Source of the DNA: an uncultured bacterium
GTDB taxonomy: Bacteria; Acidobacteriota; Thermoanaerobaculia; Multivoradales; JAHZIX01
NCBI GenBank assembly: GCA_965368975.1
Contig: CBDUPA010000019.1
Span: forward strand, 84,154-148,153
Direction of reading: 5' to 3'
Length of the DNA: 64,000 nt
In this document: one piece after another, positions 20,601 to 25,192 of the stretch
How the letters are laid out: each line of letters starts with the position of its first letter
Position numbering within the stretch: the stretch's first letter is position 1
The notes under the pieces: model-generated
The model's database searches: none
Told to the model about the DNA's origin: nothing
The model's input: only the letters and a program-made list of their open reading frames with translations
Translations under genes and position numbers: made by a program

Positions 20601-21818
20601 TGCCGTGCCGGCGTCCGCGCTCGCCGATGTACTTGGCTCGTCTCTGCCCTGCTTCGCCTGCCCCTGCTCCAGCGCCGCGGCGTCGAAGTCTCCGCGCACG
20701 AAGCCGCGTCCGGGCACCGCGCCGGTGACGAAGAGCGTCGCCTCGGCAAGTCCGTAGCACGGGAAGAAGATGTCGCGCCGGAAACCGCAGTCGGCGAAAG
20801 CATCGGCGAAGGCGTCAAGGGTGGCGGCACGCACCGGTTCGGCACCGTTGAAGGCCAGACGCCAACTCGACAGGTCGAGACCCGCTTTCTCTTCGTCGCT
20901 GACCTTGCGCGTGCACAACTCGTAAGCGAAGTTGGGGCCGCCGCTGGTAGTCGAACGGTACTTGCTGATCGCCTGCAGCCAGCGCACCGGCCGCTGCAAG
21001 AATGCGACGGGCGACATGAGGACACAGGAGGTCTGCAGATACAGCGGCTGCAGCACGTTCCCGATCAGCCCCATGTCGTGGTACATCGGCAGCCAGCCGG
21101 CGACGTGGACCTCCTCGCCATGGTCGAAAGCCCGGCGAATCAGTTCCTGATTGTGCAGCAAGTTCCCGTGACTCACCTGTACGCCCTTGGGCGCCGAGGT
21201 CGAGCCAGAGGTGTACTGCAAGAAGGCGAGGTCAGCAGCCTGCAGACCGGGATCCCGCCAGACCTCCGGGGACGCTGGCGTCGGCTCGTCTTCGCCAACC
21301 GCATCGATGTCGAGCAGCGGCAAATCAGCGGGCCAGCCGTCGAACTTGGAGGTCAAGCGCTCAAGGCGCTGGTGCAACGCCGAGGTGGTCAGCGCCAGGG
21401 CCGGCTCGGAGTCCCGAACGATCGACAGTAGGCGCGGCAGGTGGTGCTTGGACCCCGGAGGATAGGCCGGAACGGCGACGGCACCCACGTACAAACAAGC
21501 AAAGAAACCGGTGATGAAGTCGAGCCCCGGCGGGCACAACAGCAGCACGCGCTGCCGGCCCGCGTCGACCGCGAGCAGGCGCTGCGCCAGCGCCCGAGCT
21601 CGGCGATCCAGCTCGGCAGCGCCCAGCGTCTCTTCCACCATTTCCTGCTCGCCGGGACGCGGATCGCGCAGGAACGTGTAGAGCGCACGGCCGCTTTCCG
21701 GAGCATCGCTCTCCCCCGGAACATGGATATCCGCGGCCGCGCGCGTGCGCAGCAGCTCGACCAGGGTGCCACCCGTGAAGGCAGCCCCCTGATCCTTGTC
21801 TACACCTTTCCTAGCCAT
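1..21818 (-). CDS. Hybrid FAAL/NRPS/PKS megasynthase, 3'-truncated at the window edge (>7,200 aa): FAAL-ACP-C-A-T-C-C-A-T-KS-AT-ACP-C-A-T-E-C-A...
   Basis: ATG at 21818 (MARKGVDKDQGAAFTGGTLVELLRTRA) follows a purine-rich GGGAGA RBS. The same minus frame holds at the C-C linker (~14700), the KS cysteine (10376) and the last A3 motif (~542). The track lists no long minus ORF here, consistent with no stop before position 1. Domain motifs were translated by hand. Confidence 0.92.
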   Translation of the reverse strand, partial: MARKGVDKDQGAAFTGGTLVELLRTRAAADIHVPGESDAPESGRALYTFLRDPRPGEQEMVEETLGAAELDRRARALAQRLLAVDAGRQRVLLLCPPGLDFITGFFACLYVGAVAVPAYPPGSKHHLPRLLSIVRDSEPALALTTSALHQRLERLTSKFDGWPADLPLLDIDAVGEDEPTPASPEVWRDPGLQAADLAFLQYTSGSTSAPKGVQVSHGNLLHNQELIRRAFDHGEEVHVAGWLPMYHDMGLIGNVLQPLYLQTSCVLMSPVAFLQRPVRWLQAISKYRSTTSGGPNFAYELCTRKVSDEEKAGLDLSSWRLAFNGAEPVRAATLDAFADAFADCGFRRDIFFPCYGLAEATLFVTGAVPGRGFVRGDFDAAALEQGQAKQGRDEPSTSASADAGTARSLVSSGRVDRHAQDVRLVDPETAQPVAEGTVGEIWVRGPSVAGGYWRRPEVTAETFDANLAGSSQERDGWLRTGDLGFLRDGELYVTGRLKDLIILRGRNHYPQDLEATAEAAHSALRAGCSAAFAVDPTGDEAAGGEALVYVAEVVRHPDASNEEIFDAVRQALAEGHEVRLHEIVLLRTGSVPKTSSGKIQRHACRRGYLDESLNVVARSGAARPAAVQSETPQDGTRQSDTVSDDGDELRIDRALLLAMDEDERGPLLRLELKRRLAAAADQPLSAVRADQPLTSLGLDSLDVVQLQHGVQQDFGVEVPVDVLLGDLDLKGLASRLLAAIQPGPGQGREAETPASSKDDLGDEDEDPSYGQRALWLLARQAPRAAAYHIAAAARISPAPSEPRLRGILALLAQRHGELRTTFTAPEGDLRRVRRQVVPELVVGAGATPRATPEALEALIDRPFDLEAGPLVRVALLEEEGASTADGSAVLVLVIHHLIADFWSLSVLVRELGELCAAEVLPLELAPLPADYGHFVRDETRCLVDQGEELEAWWRQRLANVPLVLDLATDRPRPAQPSQRGLAVTRRLALEESSVSTVARAAEATPLTVLLASWAVLLGRLTGQRRLIVGIPSAGRRRGEWAPLVGYFVNPLAIAVDLGTSSEGLDFGGLLRQVRDRVVAALAHAELPFPRLAEVLHPERDPGRSPVFQTMLTLQRPRLAQDAGLAAFALGLAGGTLKMGGPGDGGLTLESIELPERSATFDLVLRLAMVPSGPRSSLAASLLAASDLFDASTVQRWLGAWEHLLQAALTAPSTPVAALPLLTVAQRHQWLLEWNHAAFEPRPRDDGARFQAIPQRVAAAARQVPDAVAVWVADAGTDAVDTAVAGAGRGLDLGVTYRCLDQRAQALAGRLRVLDVGFETPVAVLLPRGADYVTAALAVLYAGGAYVPLDFALPVERLQAVLEDLAAFDGRDPILITTEARLDEMPGKLPARVLTAVEPEGTPWRGPTPQLQAPQLQAPQLQAPQLQAPEPQQLAYMIFTSGSTGRPKGVQVHHAGLANLIDWHQRRYAIGGPDQPGARRSATLVSGLGFDVAVWDLWSVLTCGATLQVPSDAAVSDPPRLRDWFLTRGAESTFLVSPLAEELMRLSWPRGARLSLLLTGADRLHAAPRPGLPFELVNNYGPTESSVVASYGWVPEGAVGVPPIGRPVDGVAIYLLDRTQRPVLLGAAGEIVLGGAGVARGYLRRAAATAMAFVPQLDVPAAVSTSELACGRRQVGARMYRTGDLGRLRADGRLDFLGRLDHQVKVRGFRIELGEIEAALRQQEGVDEAAVLVVGEEHHARLVAFVVPAPGAGNLDETLLRSQLGRRLPPYMVPSALQRLDALPLTANHKVDRKLLAARAMQTVGEAYEAPRGGLEVLVARAVGEVLQRQHVGRGDDFFELGGHSLLATRLAARLRLELHVEVPLETIFQAPVVADLAATLATIPGVDHAASGAITEAEAGTERTASRTNSAASLAATPLVALSRGASGVPEDLPPLSFGQERMWLLDRLGSATGAYIIPVGLRLRGDLKVRVLERSLALVVARHESLRTVMRTAGGSPVQVIQPAGALPARFPVQVVDLTEVPGVAPPLAAAARQPFDLAAGPLMRATVWRTASDDCVLGLNLHHIAADGWSVAVLLQELEWFYNALCHGGSEALPALQFQFADYAVWQRRLLSSDVVEHELAWWRPRLSGLPVLDLPTDRPRPARPSHRSSLLPLGWSPELLERLERFAAQQDATPFMVLLATWGLLLGRHAGQAEVAIGFPIAGRERPEFEPLIGYFANTLVVRVPAQGNPEGDGFAALLETVRRRVLDVFAHGLLPFERLAEALETRPERSRSPLFQTMLAWNDRVLEPPALHGLDVSAAPVLPAEKFDLTLMVQRWPEGLRGELTFARDLFDDATALRWVDDIANLLEVILAQPDTPLEQLPHLQLPSLPAGARRQALLRWSELPLSVPAPPVAIEQASVEQVPIGEVGIEQASIEEVTYEEAPTVRPPGLRELPLSYSQQRLWLLDRLQVGSAAYNIAAGLRLIGTFQVARLSAALDHLVACHEALRTVFVSNTSDEPRQIVQEPAALRLPVIDLRRLTLSHAHAAEADAVARQLGAAHGGRSFDLSRGPVLKALLLRLASDRHHLHLNVHHIAADGWSLGLMMRDLQAGWQAGQPGDQSGDQPNDQPGERPGERQGARHTESPARLQYPDFALWQRGFVARRAQAQLDWWSETLEGLEVLELPTDRPRPPRRDPDASGGSVHQHWPATLVHGVRALARRGGATLFMVLTAAIQVLLARHSGQTDIAIGTPVAGRQHVETESIVGLFLNSLVLRAQVTPRLSFLQLLERVRSAAIGAFGHQDVPFEALLERLRPERDPARTPLFQVFVNLLNLPPVTPTLAGLEVDLLTPPELPAKFDVTFYIEELADGGLRWELHYDAALFDAARMEDWPRQLATLLTAAVADPDQQLAALPLRTVEAAQLLPDPRQILETSWHGPIHQHFAEHARRQPERPLVRDRHGVWSYGEVAVVSDALAAWLVAHEVRRGDRVAILTWRAAVLLPAVLGVLKAGAALVLLDPAWPAVRRAQMLDAARPSAVLELLPPAAETAVLSSLAPARDEEGPSVATWCQQRTASLLQLPVGSQAETLDFVQKLPTTGLPTTGTAVPDVEIGPEDLALVAFTSGSTGVPKGIEGRHGPLTHFLPWQCATLEMGPDDRFSLLSGLGHDPLQRDLFTPIFLGAELAVPDPRDLTAAGRLAAWMAEVGVTVAHLTPALGQVLCEGDTIRAQAVRAQAVRAQPVRLPALRRVLLVGEALRGRDVERLRQLAPSVTVVNLYGSTETQRAVSYHVASAADVARPVLPLGHGMRDVQLLVLDRDHRPAGVGELGEIAVRSPHLARGYLDDPRATALAFTPDVVHPDAARTQSQIRLYRSGDLGRYLPNGEVAFAGRRDKQIKIRGFRVEPAEIEAVLVALPEVREAVVLAQGPSSSTGLRGPQLGVASRLVAFLVPQAGSAGAVATGGIDPGAVRAALLQRLPAYMVPAAFEVLDRLPLTANAKVDRRALAQRLPALASSALASSVLASSVLASSAQVVPGAVSGAELAAAPLLPGSTPEERLERDIEALWAELLEVPAVDPEASFFDLGGHSLLLVRLHARLQQLAGRELPLVELFAHPTVRGQARYLARLLETSEPAVRAQVLQASRPAGASASASAGVGESAVPIAIVGMAGRFPGAPDVDAFWRQLLDGREAVRRFTDEELLAAGLPAELVTHPKLVRGRGVLDGVEDFDAEHFGLTPRQAQLLDPQVRLLLETARLALDDAAVDPERFAGSIGVFAGGTLSTYFLHYLQRDPNLLREVGAYQLAMGADRDYFVTQLAYRLGLSGPAVSVQTACSTALVAVHLACRALRAGDCDLALAGGVSIKVPQVTGYLYEEGGIDALSGRCRAFDAAADGTVWGSGAGLVALRRLDDALASGDPIHALVLGSAVNNDGKHKAGFTAPSIEAQARVIAAAHADAAVEAATIGYVEAHGTGTQLGDPIEVSALNRAFAEVDDRRPLGAVKASIGHLGAAAGIAGLIKTVLALRHGVVPPTAGFETANPAAPFEEGPFYVSGQAESWPSSELPRRAGVSAFGLGGTNAHVVLQQAPSAIAGAVADEPKPPAESAAGDAWHLLLLSAHTPAALHTTCEDLATWLDEQVVSERIAPDLAAPDLADVAHTLRSGRPRWPTRRLVVCRDVAGAMRALRSRDVPAHLRAITAGSARPRVAFLLPGQGSQFPSMGAALYETEPEYRRWIDEGAEHLRSRLGLDLRTLLHAPADDSEAAAQLRRTRWAQPALLLVEVALARLWQHWGIEPVALLGHSVGEYAAATLAGVLSLRDALDLMALRGELMEPLDGGAMVSVAAAGSDIEARYLQASQDEAGNPGERVEVAAVNAPSVCVLTGPVAAVEAMQARLEADGISCRRLPTDHAFHSAMMEPICAAFAEAVGRVELRPPTLPYISNLTGDWVTAEQTQDPDYWARHLRRSVRFADGVECLSQLEDLVLLEVGPGRTLGSLARQTLRQDGLQPKSDVPSRKPVTAIASMRRQSDAAEAQEDDRARALEALGRLWLAGADVDWQRFDGSATQTPRRRHLPGTAFQRQRHWVELDGIAPLWAGETGPAQPHSAPSMPLRVDAEVEVASSAVAPSDIDDTVAGRIAALLGRLLGVPEVGAQDDFFELGGDSLLATRFLSLLRDEIGAELSLPELFTASTPHALAGLLEARDPGLSAAAEADRVIPLDAVDLDLDLLPPRPQHPPLSFAQERLWFLERLEDSGTAYNLPAALELRGRLDVARLRAALRRVVERHEVLRTRLPELDGRPYQEILPASSPIVRASTALPVVDLGALAGSSSEVAAIAVGTLADQLLARAAGRRFDLSRGPLLRTVLLRLPSAPDSATKHLSEPKHRLLIELHHTVADGWSWHRLWLEVGAFYGDEAASIPPLPLQYADFAVAQRRQLQGERLQDLLRVWRRRLDPPPPPVELPVDRPRSTVDTAEAARGARLLETLTPAETAAIEELTRSSGLTGSGLTVFMVLLAAFGELLSRHGGAGDPATDLAVGTPVAGRTQQQLEPLLGVFVNTLPLRLDLGGSTTSGGPTVAEVLERVRAVTLEAYAHQDLPFSQLVAALQPERRLDREPLIQTLLVLQNTEAPSAAPVGLPGVEVRPLSVAAGGAKYDLSLSVTPLRDGAGVRTLRLDAEYRPALVDATTIRRLLGHYRQLLAGFAAEPQQRLRRLELLSPAECHQLAQEWHGPASLRKATGDILASETLASLVAASAGRVPEAVALVAGSRHVSYRELWRRAGRIATGVADRIAPAEALTGSEAEPRVGVALPRTPLLVESLLGVLRAGAAYVPLDPAYPAERTVFMLQDSGAALLLISDGGESSSGVEVVDPALLVEVSLAEVSLAEEEQRTGASLADSLDNFPDHSRPERLAYVIYTSGSTGKPKGVAIEHRRAVARMRWAGQTFTAAQLAGTLAATSVCFDLSVFELFTPLVHGGSVVLAANALQLPHLRAAARVSLVNTVPSALTALVALEQDGEAALPPALAAVNLAGEPLPPTLAGQLLQLRPRVELRNLYGPSEDTTYSTGTRLKSTPDGVRVTLGLPLPGTTAAVLDRHARVQPVGVAGDLHLSGGGLARGYLGRPALTAERFLPAVPVLATALAAGLATGLAAGRPCRHESDRDGAALRIGGSRMYRTGDLVRRLADGRLDYLGRLDHQVKLRGFRIELGEIESLLAGHPEVRRAVTVVHAGTRLVAYVEPAAERGDSVANSPDEDGLRRRLLAHLGTRLPVYMVPSRIEMLETLPQLPNGKVDRSQLARRSLPMEGTAMEGTAMDGAAQDTALERTAEASATLGSTGARLAEVWQQVLGLETLPGADAHFFELGGDSILSIQVVSQARKAGLTLTPRQLFEHPTLGALAALLQQSGVEQGSGGVAVAESGPAFATTPSSDRLLEGPVPLTPIQHWFLRPGVRDPHHFNQAWWLRDAGDPPLDPALLRRVLRQLPERHDALRLRFDQRPGKDGGTWQQRYASRAEARQLDSLVHVDLERLAPAARESEARRLGEALQGRFDLARGPLLRVLLLTYGTAPAELLWCAHHLVVDGVTWRLLLSDVAAGYAALASAAGSEFGAAARSSASFRDWAQAQVRLAHDSRTLDGALCWLEPWLGSRPSTILPTAVEAAEPQRTASLDVEFDRELTTRLLGPVSSRLRMKVDEVLLAVLARAWPDRAESTALWLDLERHGRDLPGVECSDVAGWFTALFPVLLPLDEAPEAAADLRSVRRQLRALPEGGIPFGIVRYLGPPHASKALANLPPRHLVFNYLGQAGGAGLTGSGRAGSGQSGSGEAGRWQPLDRPVRSLRSPRQPRPHAYEINGAVIEGRLCLRWTYPDGAEAGASMPARAERFRQRLAELVQYGDSAQALRLWPEDVPLAGFADNPAETAQLLSLQERAGGAIEDLYPLAPMQRGMIFHSLQAPTDGAYVGQMLLELEPQTDGSFDAAALPLAMAAAWRRLLARQPMLRTGILGLDRSQPLQAVYRQVPLPWSRIELDGLRTDDCAWALDQLLAADRRHGFDLQRPPLLRLLWISRAEEGPALLCSHHHLLLDGWSMALLIRDLAGDLAHYAAGSRARATGEGRRGASTSLAPARPYRDFIAWLAERDLAERDPAAAETFWRTTLDGLRAPTRLAVQRPVEASTAEAGTDDRSETGKQDGGHFARSVHLSAAQAEAVSAAARHAGVTLNTWVQAAWGLVLGRFSGDRDIVFGAVSSGREADLSGIDQMVGLFINTLPVRLSLAPSQRVTSWLHQQQTRQAQVREHEYVALADVQRWSPLPAGEQLFDTLLVFENYPVDRLASQQAGQDLRVRRAHMREQTNYPLTLIAEPAAGADGAAAGLHLKLDAQWQAFEPVAVGALLHQLHWLLGTVLPAAVDSETRLGALPALPPTERQALLFEYQGLPVPHSPDPSLHGPSLHGPVVAQATQRPDAVALLAGRHHLSFAALVCGARAVAGRLRAAGVGLDDRVGLLAERTPRALTGILGVLMAGAAYVPVDPQAPPSRLQQLAADAAFAVVLTDAEHAALAAELGVATVARLEDATSDDAPQDDADEVDAAAVAVEQGLVHPQAAAYVIYTSGTTGAAKGVVISQASAGGFAATFRRQLALTPADRLMLFAPLSFDASVLQTFPALGAGAGLLIPRQPRLLVGRALLGYAARHGLTVLDLPAALWRAWVDDTAAHGLPLPRRLRLCLTGGESVPHAHLRTWAGLAPWPMDFLSSYGPTETTVTATAIEARNLDVLRRSAGAAPASQGNLRLGHPLAGVR
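2700..7670 (-). other. NRPS module C-A(Ala)-T-E, predicted D-Ala
   Basis: C motif HHTVADGWS. A code DLFNNALTYK (Ala). T motif GGDSI, typical before E domains. E motifs PLTPIQHWF, HHLVVDGVTW, LERHGRD, GWFT and FNYLGQ. Confidence 0.85.
7780..10900 (-). other. Minimal cis-AT PKS module KS-AT-ACP (malonyl-CoA, no KR/DH/ER)
   Basis: KS triad motifs VQTACST, EAHGTGT and KASIGHL. AT motifs PGQGSQ, GHSVGE and TDHAFHS. ACP motif FFELGGDSLL. There is no room for reductive domains between AT and ACP. Confidence 0.88.
11000..13080 (-). other. A-T didomain with an alpha-aminoadipate reductase (Lys2)-like A domain
   Basis: AFTSGSTGVPKGIEGRHGPLTHFLPW, SGLGHDPLQRDLFTPIFLGA, VTVAHLTPALGQVL and VNLYGSTETQRAVS. 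Code read as DPRHLVLRAK. T motif FFDLGGHSLL. Confidence 0.8.
11281..11340. repeat. 15-bp in-frame tandem repeat x4 (LASSA/LASSV) in an A-T linker
   Basis: gccgacgaagccagt accgacgaagccagt accgacgaagccagt gccgacgaagccagc. Confidence 0.9.
13150..16020 (-). other. Tandem condensation domains (C-C) with no A or T domain between them
   Basis: LSFGQERMWLLDRL...HHIAADGWS (~15615), a short linker, then LPLSYSQQRLWLLDRL...HHIAADGWS (~14080). Confidence 0.85.
16180..18100 (-). other. A-T didomain, probably Leu
   Basis: YMIFTSGSTGRPKG. Code read as DVWFLGNVVK, close to the Leu code DAWFLGNVVK. T motif FFELGGHSLL. Confidence 0.7.
17536..17597. repeat. 15-bp in-frame tandem repeat x4 (PQLQA)
   Basis: ggggcctgta(a/g)ctga repeated just before the A3 motif. 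Confidence 0.9.
18150..19830 (-). other. ACP followed by the first condensation domain (lipo-initiation)
   Basis: ACP motif LTSLGLDSL (~19720). C domain begins PSYGQRALWLL and has active site HHLIADFWS (~19120). Confidence 0.85.
20000..21818 (-). other. Fatty acyl-AMP ligase (FAAL) starter domain
   Basis: Motifs AFLQYTSGSTSAPKGV, GWLPMYHDMGLIG, SGGPNFAYELC, FNGAEPV, PCYGLAEATLFVTG, RTGDLGF...GRLKDLIILRGRNHYPQDLE and PKTSSGKIQR. Confidence 0.9.
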
Positions 21819-21890
21819 CTGAAATCTCTCCCATCTCCCCGACACACCCCTACTCCGTGAATCAAATAGAAAGAGAACGCGAAAGGATTA

Positions 21891-22898
21891 TCAGCCCTTG
21901 TGCCTTTGGTGCGCCGCGAGCGCCGACTTGGCGATACCTGCGGCGTCGAGGCCAAAGTGCGCCAAGTGCACGTCGTGCGTTCCGAGAACCGGCGAGAAGG
22001 TATCCGGAATTCCGAGGATCTTCATCGGTGTCGGCCGGCGCGTGGCCAGAGTCTCGGCCACCGCACCACCCAGGCCGCCATAGACGTTGTGCTCCTCGAC
22101 GGTGAGGATCAGGCCGGTCTCCTCTGCCGCCTGCTCCAGCAACTCGGCGTCGATCGGCTTGATGCTGTACATGTCGATGACGCGTGCGTCGATACCCTGC
22201 TCGGCCAGCTTGGCCGCCGCCTTCAGGCTCTCCGGCACCACCGCGATGCCGGCGGCAACCAGCGTCAGGTCCTTGCCGTCGCGCAGTACATGGCCCTTGC
22301 CGATCTCGAAGCTGGCGTTCTCGTCGTAGACCTGCTCAGCATCGTCCATACCGATGCGCAAGAAGGTCGGCCCCTCGTACTCGACGCAGGCCATCGTCAG
22401 GTGGTAGGTCGCCACACCGTCGGCCGGTGCCACGACGGTCATGCCGGGCAGCGCACGACCAATGGCGATATCCTCAATGGCGTGGTGGGTCGGACCTGAG
22501 AAGCCCGACTGCATGCCGGCGAAAGTGCCGAAGATCTTGACGTTGGTGTTGTGGTAGCAGATCTCCAGGCGCACCTGCTCACAAGCACGCATCAAGGCGA
22601 AGTCGGCGAAGGTGTTGACCATCGGAATCTTGCCGCGCAACGCCAGGCCCGAGGCGACGCCGATCAGGCTGGCCTCGGCGATGCCGACGTCGATCCAGCG
22701 GTCCGGGAACTCGTCGCGAAAGTCGAAGCCGAAGAAGTCGCCCAGGTCGGCCTCGACCGACCACACGCGTTCGTCCTGCTGGCCGGCGTGCAGCTGGCCC
22801 AGACGGTTGGTGCGCACGGTCGACAGGCCGTACTTCTCGATCCACGCGGCACTGCCGGGTGCCGGCTCCGTTGTAGGAGGTGTCAGACGGCGACTCAT
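21891..22898 (-). CDS. Transketolase C-terminal (pyrimidine-binding) subunit, paralog 2
   Basis: GIAEASLIGVASGLA, FADFALMRACEQVR, GPTHHAIED, IKPID and TVEEHNVYGGLG. Its start overlaps the upstream stop (ATGA, 22895-22898). Confidence 0.92.
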   Translation of the reverse strand: MSRRLTPPTTEPAPGSAAWIEKYGLSTVRTNRLGQLHAGQQDERVWSVEADLGDFFGFDFRDEFPDRWIDVGIAEASLIGVASGLALRGKIPMVNTFADFALMRACEQVRLEICYHNTNVKIFGTFAGMQSGFSGPTHHAIEDIAIGRALPGMTVVAPADGVATYHLTMACVEYEGPTFLRIGMDDAEQVYDENASFEIGKGHVLRDGKDLTLVAAGIAVVPESLKAAAKLAEQGIDARVIDMYSIKPIDAELLEQAAEETGLILTVEEHNVYGGLGGAVAETLATRRPTPMKILGIPDTFSPVLGTHDVHLAHFGLDAAGIAKSALAAHQRHKG

Positions 22899-23755
22899 GA
22901 TGCACTCCGCGGCCGGATGGCCTCCAAATCCTTGAACGCCTGCTCGCGCTGCTCGGCATTCATCTTGCCATAGTGCCAGGCGTGGTTACCCTCGGCGTAG
23001 GAGATGGACTTGCCCTTGACGGTCTGCGCGATGATCACCGACGGCTTACCGGAGGTGAACGGAATGTCGTGCAGCGCGGAACTCAGCGCCTCGACATCGT
23101 GGCCGTCGATCTCGCGCGCGTCCCAGCCGAAGGCGCGCCACTTCTCGGCGAACGGCTCCAGCGACATGATGTCCTCGGTCTTGCCGTCTTCCTGCACGAA
23201 GTTGCGGTCGACGATCGCCACCACGTTGTCCAGCTTGTAGTGTGCGGCGGTCATCGCGGCCTCCCAGATCGAGCCTTCCTGGCACTCACCGTCGCCCAGA
23301 ACGACGTAGACACGCCGGTCTTCGCCGTCGTGCTTGGCGGCCAGCGCGATGCCGTTGCCTACGCCCAAACCGTGGCCCAGCGAACCGGTCGCCAGCTCGA
23401 TGCCCGGAATCGCCTTCGACGGATGGCCAGCCAGACGGCCGCCGGTCTTCTTGTACTCCTTCAGCTCCTCCACCGGGAAGAAGCCACGCTCGGCCATGGC
23501 GGCATAGAGCGACGCGCTGGAGTGCCCCTTGCTGAAGATGAAGTAGTCGCGGTCTTCCCACTTCGGGTTGCTGGGATCGACGCGCACCACGCCGTCGAAG
23601 AGCAGCACGGTGAGGATCTCTACCGACGACATCGAGCCGCCCAGGTGGGCGCCCGGCGAGTCGGCGCACATCCGGACGATGTGTTCGCGCAGGGTATAAG
23701 CGATGGCGCGCAGGTCGTCCGCGGAGGCGGCATTGGTGGCGCTGGCGGTAGGCAT
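22895..23755 (-). CDS. Transketolase N-terminal (ThDP-binding) subunit, about 286 aa
   Basis: AHLGGSMS, SKGH, LAGHP, TGSLGHG and the ThDP motif GDGECQEG...DRN. ATG at 23755 follows AAGGAG. The track's longer 24106 start overlaps the aminotransferase and was rejected. Confidence 0.92.
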   Translation of the reverse strand: MPTASATNAASADDLRAIAYTLREHIVRMCADSPGAHLGGSMSSVEILTVLLFDGVVRVDPSNPKWEDRDYFIFSKGHSSASLYAAMAERGFFPVEELKEYKKTGGRLAGHPSKAIPGIELATGSLGHGLGVGNGIALAAKHDGEDRRVYVVLGDGECQEGSIWEAAMTAAHYKLDNVVAIVDRNFVQEDGKTEDIMSLEPFAEKWRAFGWDAREIDGHDVEALSSALHDIPFTSGKPSVIIAQTVKGKSISYAEGNHAWHYGKMNAEQREQAFKDLEAIRPRSAS

Positions 23756-23846
23756 AGGTTGCTCCTTCAGGCGTATATTGACGATGCTCTTTCGATATGT
23801 TTCTTCAGCAATTCCGGACCAGATTAGGCAGTTCAGAACAGCCAGG

Positions 23847-25181
23847 TCAGAACAACACGACCTCGCCCTCCCAGGGCTCGCGGTACTCGATCGACTTGGC
23901 GTAGCGCACGAACTCATCGCGGTTGGCGAACACCTTCTCGAACGCCGCGGCGTACAGGTCGACGTTGGCCGGCTCCATGAAGCTGGCCATACACAAGCGC
24001 TTGCCAACCAGCATCGTGCTGCGAATGACGTCCAACGTCTGCGGGTAGTCGTGGATGTCGTACTGAATGTCGCGCGAGTTGTGGCCACACGACCACGGGC
24101 AGCCACGGCCGTACCCGTCCTTGTTCTGGAACAGGTGCTGCCCCGGCAGTGGACGCGTCTGGTAGTGGATCAGCGGCACGCCCTCGGCCGCCATCACGTC
24201 GTCCAACGCCTTGCGCATCACGCCGGCATCCAGATCGAGGCCCGCCTCCTCCGGCTTCACGCGGAAGCGGAAGTGGTGGTAGACGTGGGTGCTGCCCTCG
24301 GGCACGTGGGGCGCTTCGAGTCCCGGTATGGCATCGAAACAAGCACGCAGCCGATCGGCGCCGGCTTGAACCCGCGCGATGTAGTCGTCGTAGCGGTCGA
24401 GCTGGCTGAGCGTGAACGCCGCCAGGATGCTGCTGAAACGGTAGTTCCAGCCCATGGTCATGGCGTTGTAGTCTCGCTCCTGCCCCTTGACCACCTTCTC
24501 ACCGAACATCTTGACCATGTCGGCTCGGTCGCGCAGATCGCTGTCGTTGGTGGTGAACAGACCACCCTCGCCGGCCGTCGCGAGGTTCTTGCCGGCCATG
24601 ATGCTGTACGTGCCCATGTCGCCGACATTGCCGGCCTGCTTGCCCTTGTAGAGGGCACCCGGTGCCTGTGCGTTGTCCTCGATCACCTTGACGCCGTGGC
24701 GGTGGGCGATCTCGATGATCGGATCCATGTCCGCCGGTAGGCCGTGGAGATGCACCGCGATGATCGCCTTGGTGCGATCGGTGATGTGCTGCTCGAGCTT
24801 CGTCGGATCGAGGGTATAGGTGCGCGGATCGACATCGGCGAACACCGGTAGGCCCTGGTGGTGGATGATCGCCGAGGCCGAAGCCAGGAACGACAGCGCC
24901 GGCACGATGACCTCGTCACCCGGCTCCACTCCCGCCGCCACCACCGCCGCGTGCAACGCCGCGGTACCGCTGTTGACCGCGATGCAGTACTTGCTGCCCA
25001 CGTAGTTGGCCCAGCGCTCTTCGAGCGCCGGCACGTCGTGCGTGTTGATCCAGCTCAAGTTGCCGGTACGCAGGCTGTTCGAGACGGCTTCGATGTCAGC
25101 TTCATCGACGATCGGCCAGGTCTCGGTGATCGCACCCGTGGCGACAGCGGGCGAGCCGCCGTGAATCGCTAGTTGACTCAT
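23847..25181 (-). CDS. DegT/DnrJ/EryC1/StrS family PLP-dependent aminotransferase
   Basis: NSGTAALH, GDEVIVP, TKAIIAVHLHG, VIEDNAQAPGA, PLP-lysine motif SIMAGKNLATAGEGG and GWNYR. AGGAG RBS upstream. Confidence 0.93.
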   Translation of the reverse strand: MSQLAIHGGSPAVATGAITETWPIVDEADIEAVSNSLRTGNLSWINTHDVPALEERWANYVGSKYCIAVNSGTAALHAAVVAAGVEPGDEVIVPALSFLASASAIIHHQGLPVFADVDPRTYTLDPTKLEQHITDRTKAIIAVHLHGLPADMDPIIEIAHRHGVKVIEDNAQAPGALYKGKQAGNVGDMGTYSIMAGKNLATAGEGGLFTTNDSDLRDRADMVKMFGEKVVKGQERDYNAMTMGWNYRFSSILAAFTLSQLDRYDDYIARVQAGADRLRACFDAIPGLEAPHVPEGSTHVYHHFRFRVKPEEAGLDLDAGVMRKALDDVMAAEGVPLIHYQTRPLPGQHLFQNKDGYGRGCPWSCGHNSRDIQYDIHDYPQTLDVIRSTMLVGKRLCMASFMEPANVDLYAAAFEKVFANRDEFVRYAKSIEYREPWEGEVVLF

Positions 25182-25192
25182 TCCATGTGCTC

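Noticed and set aside
21-21431. Many long plus-strand ORFs (e.g. 9543..11399, 18033..19367, 1077..2207)
   Set aside because: They are antisense shadows of the high-GC megasynthase frame, rich in Arg/Gly/Gln/His and without recognisable domains.
21819-21890. Possible terminator between the precursor operon and the megasynthase
   Set aside because: No convincing hairpin with a U-tract is present. The spacer is simply AT-richer and contains an RBS.
23756-24106. N-terminal extension of the transketolase alpha ORF (403 aa in the track)
   Set aside because: It overlaps the aminotransferase 3' end. Homology and a good RBS point to the ATG at 23755.
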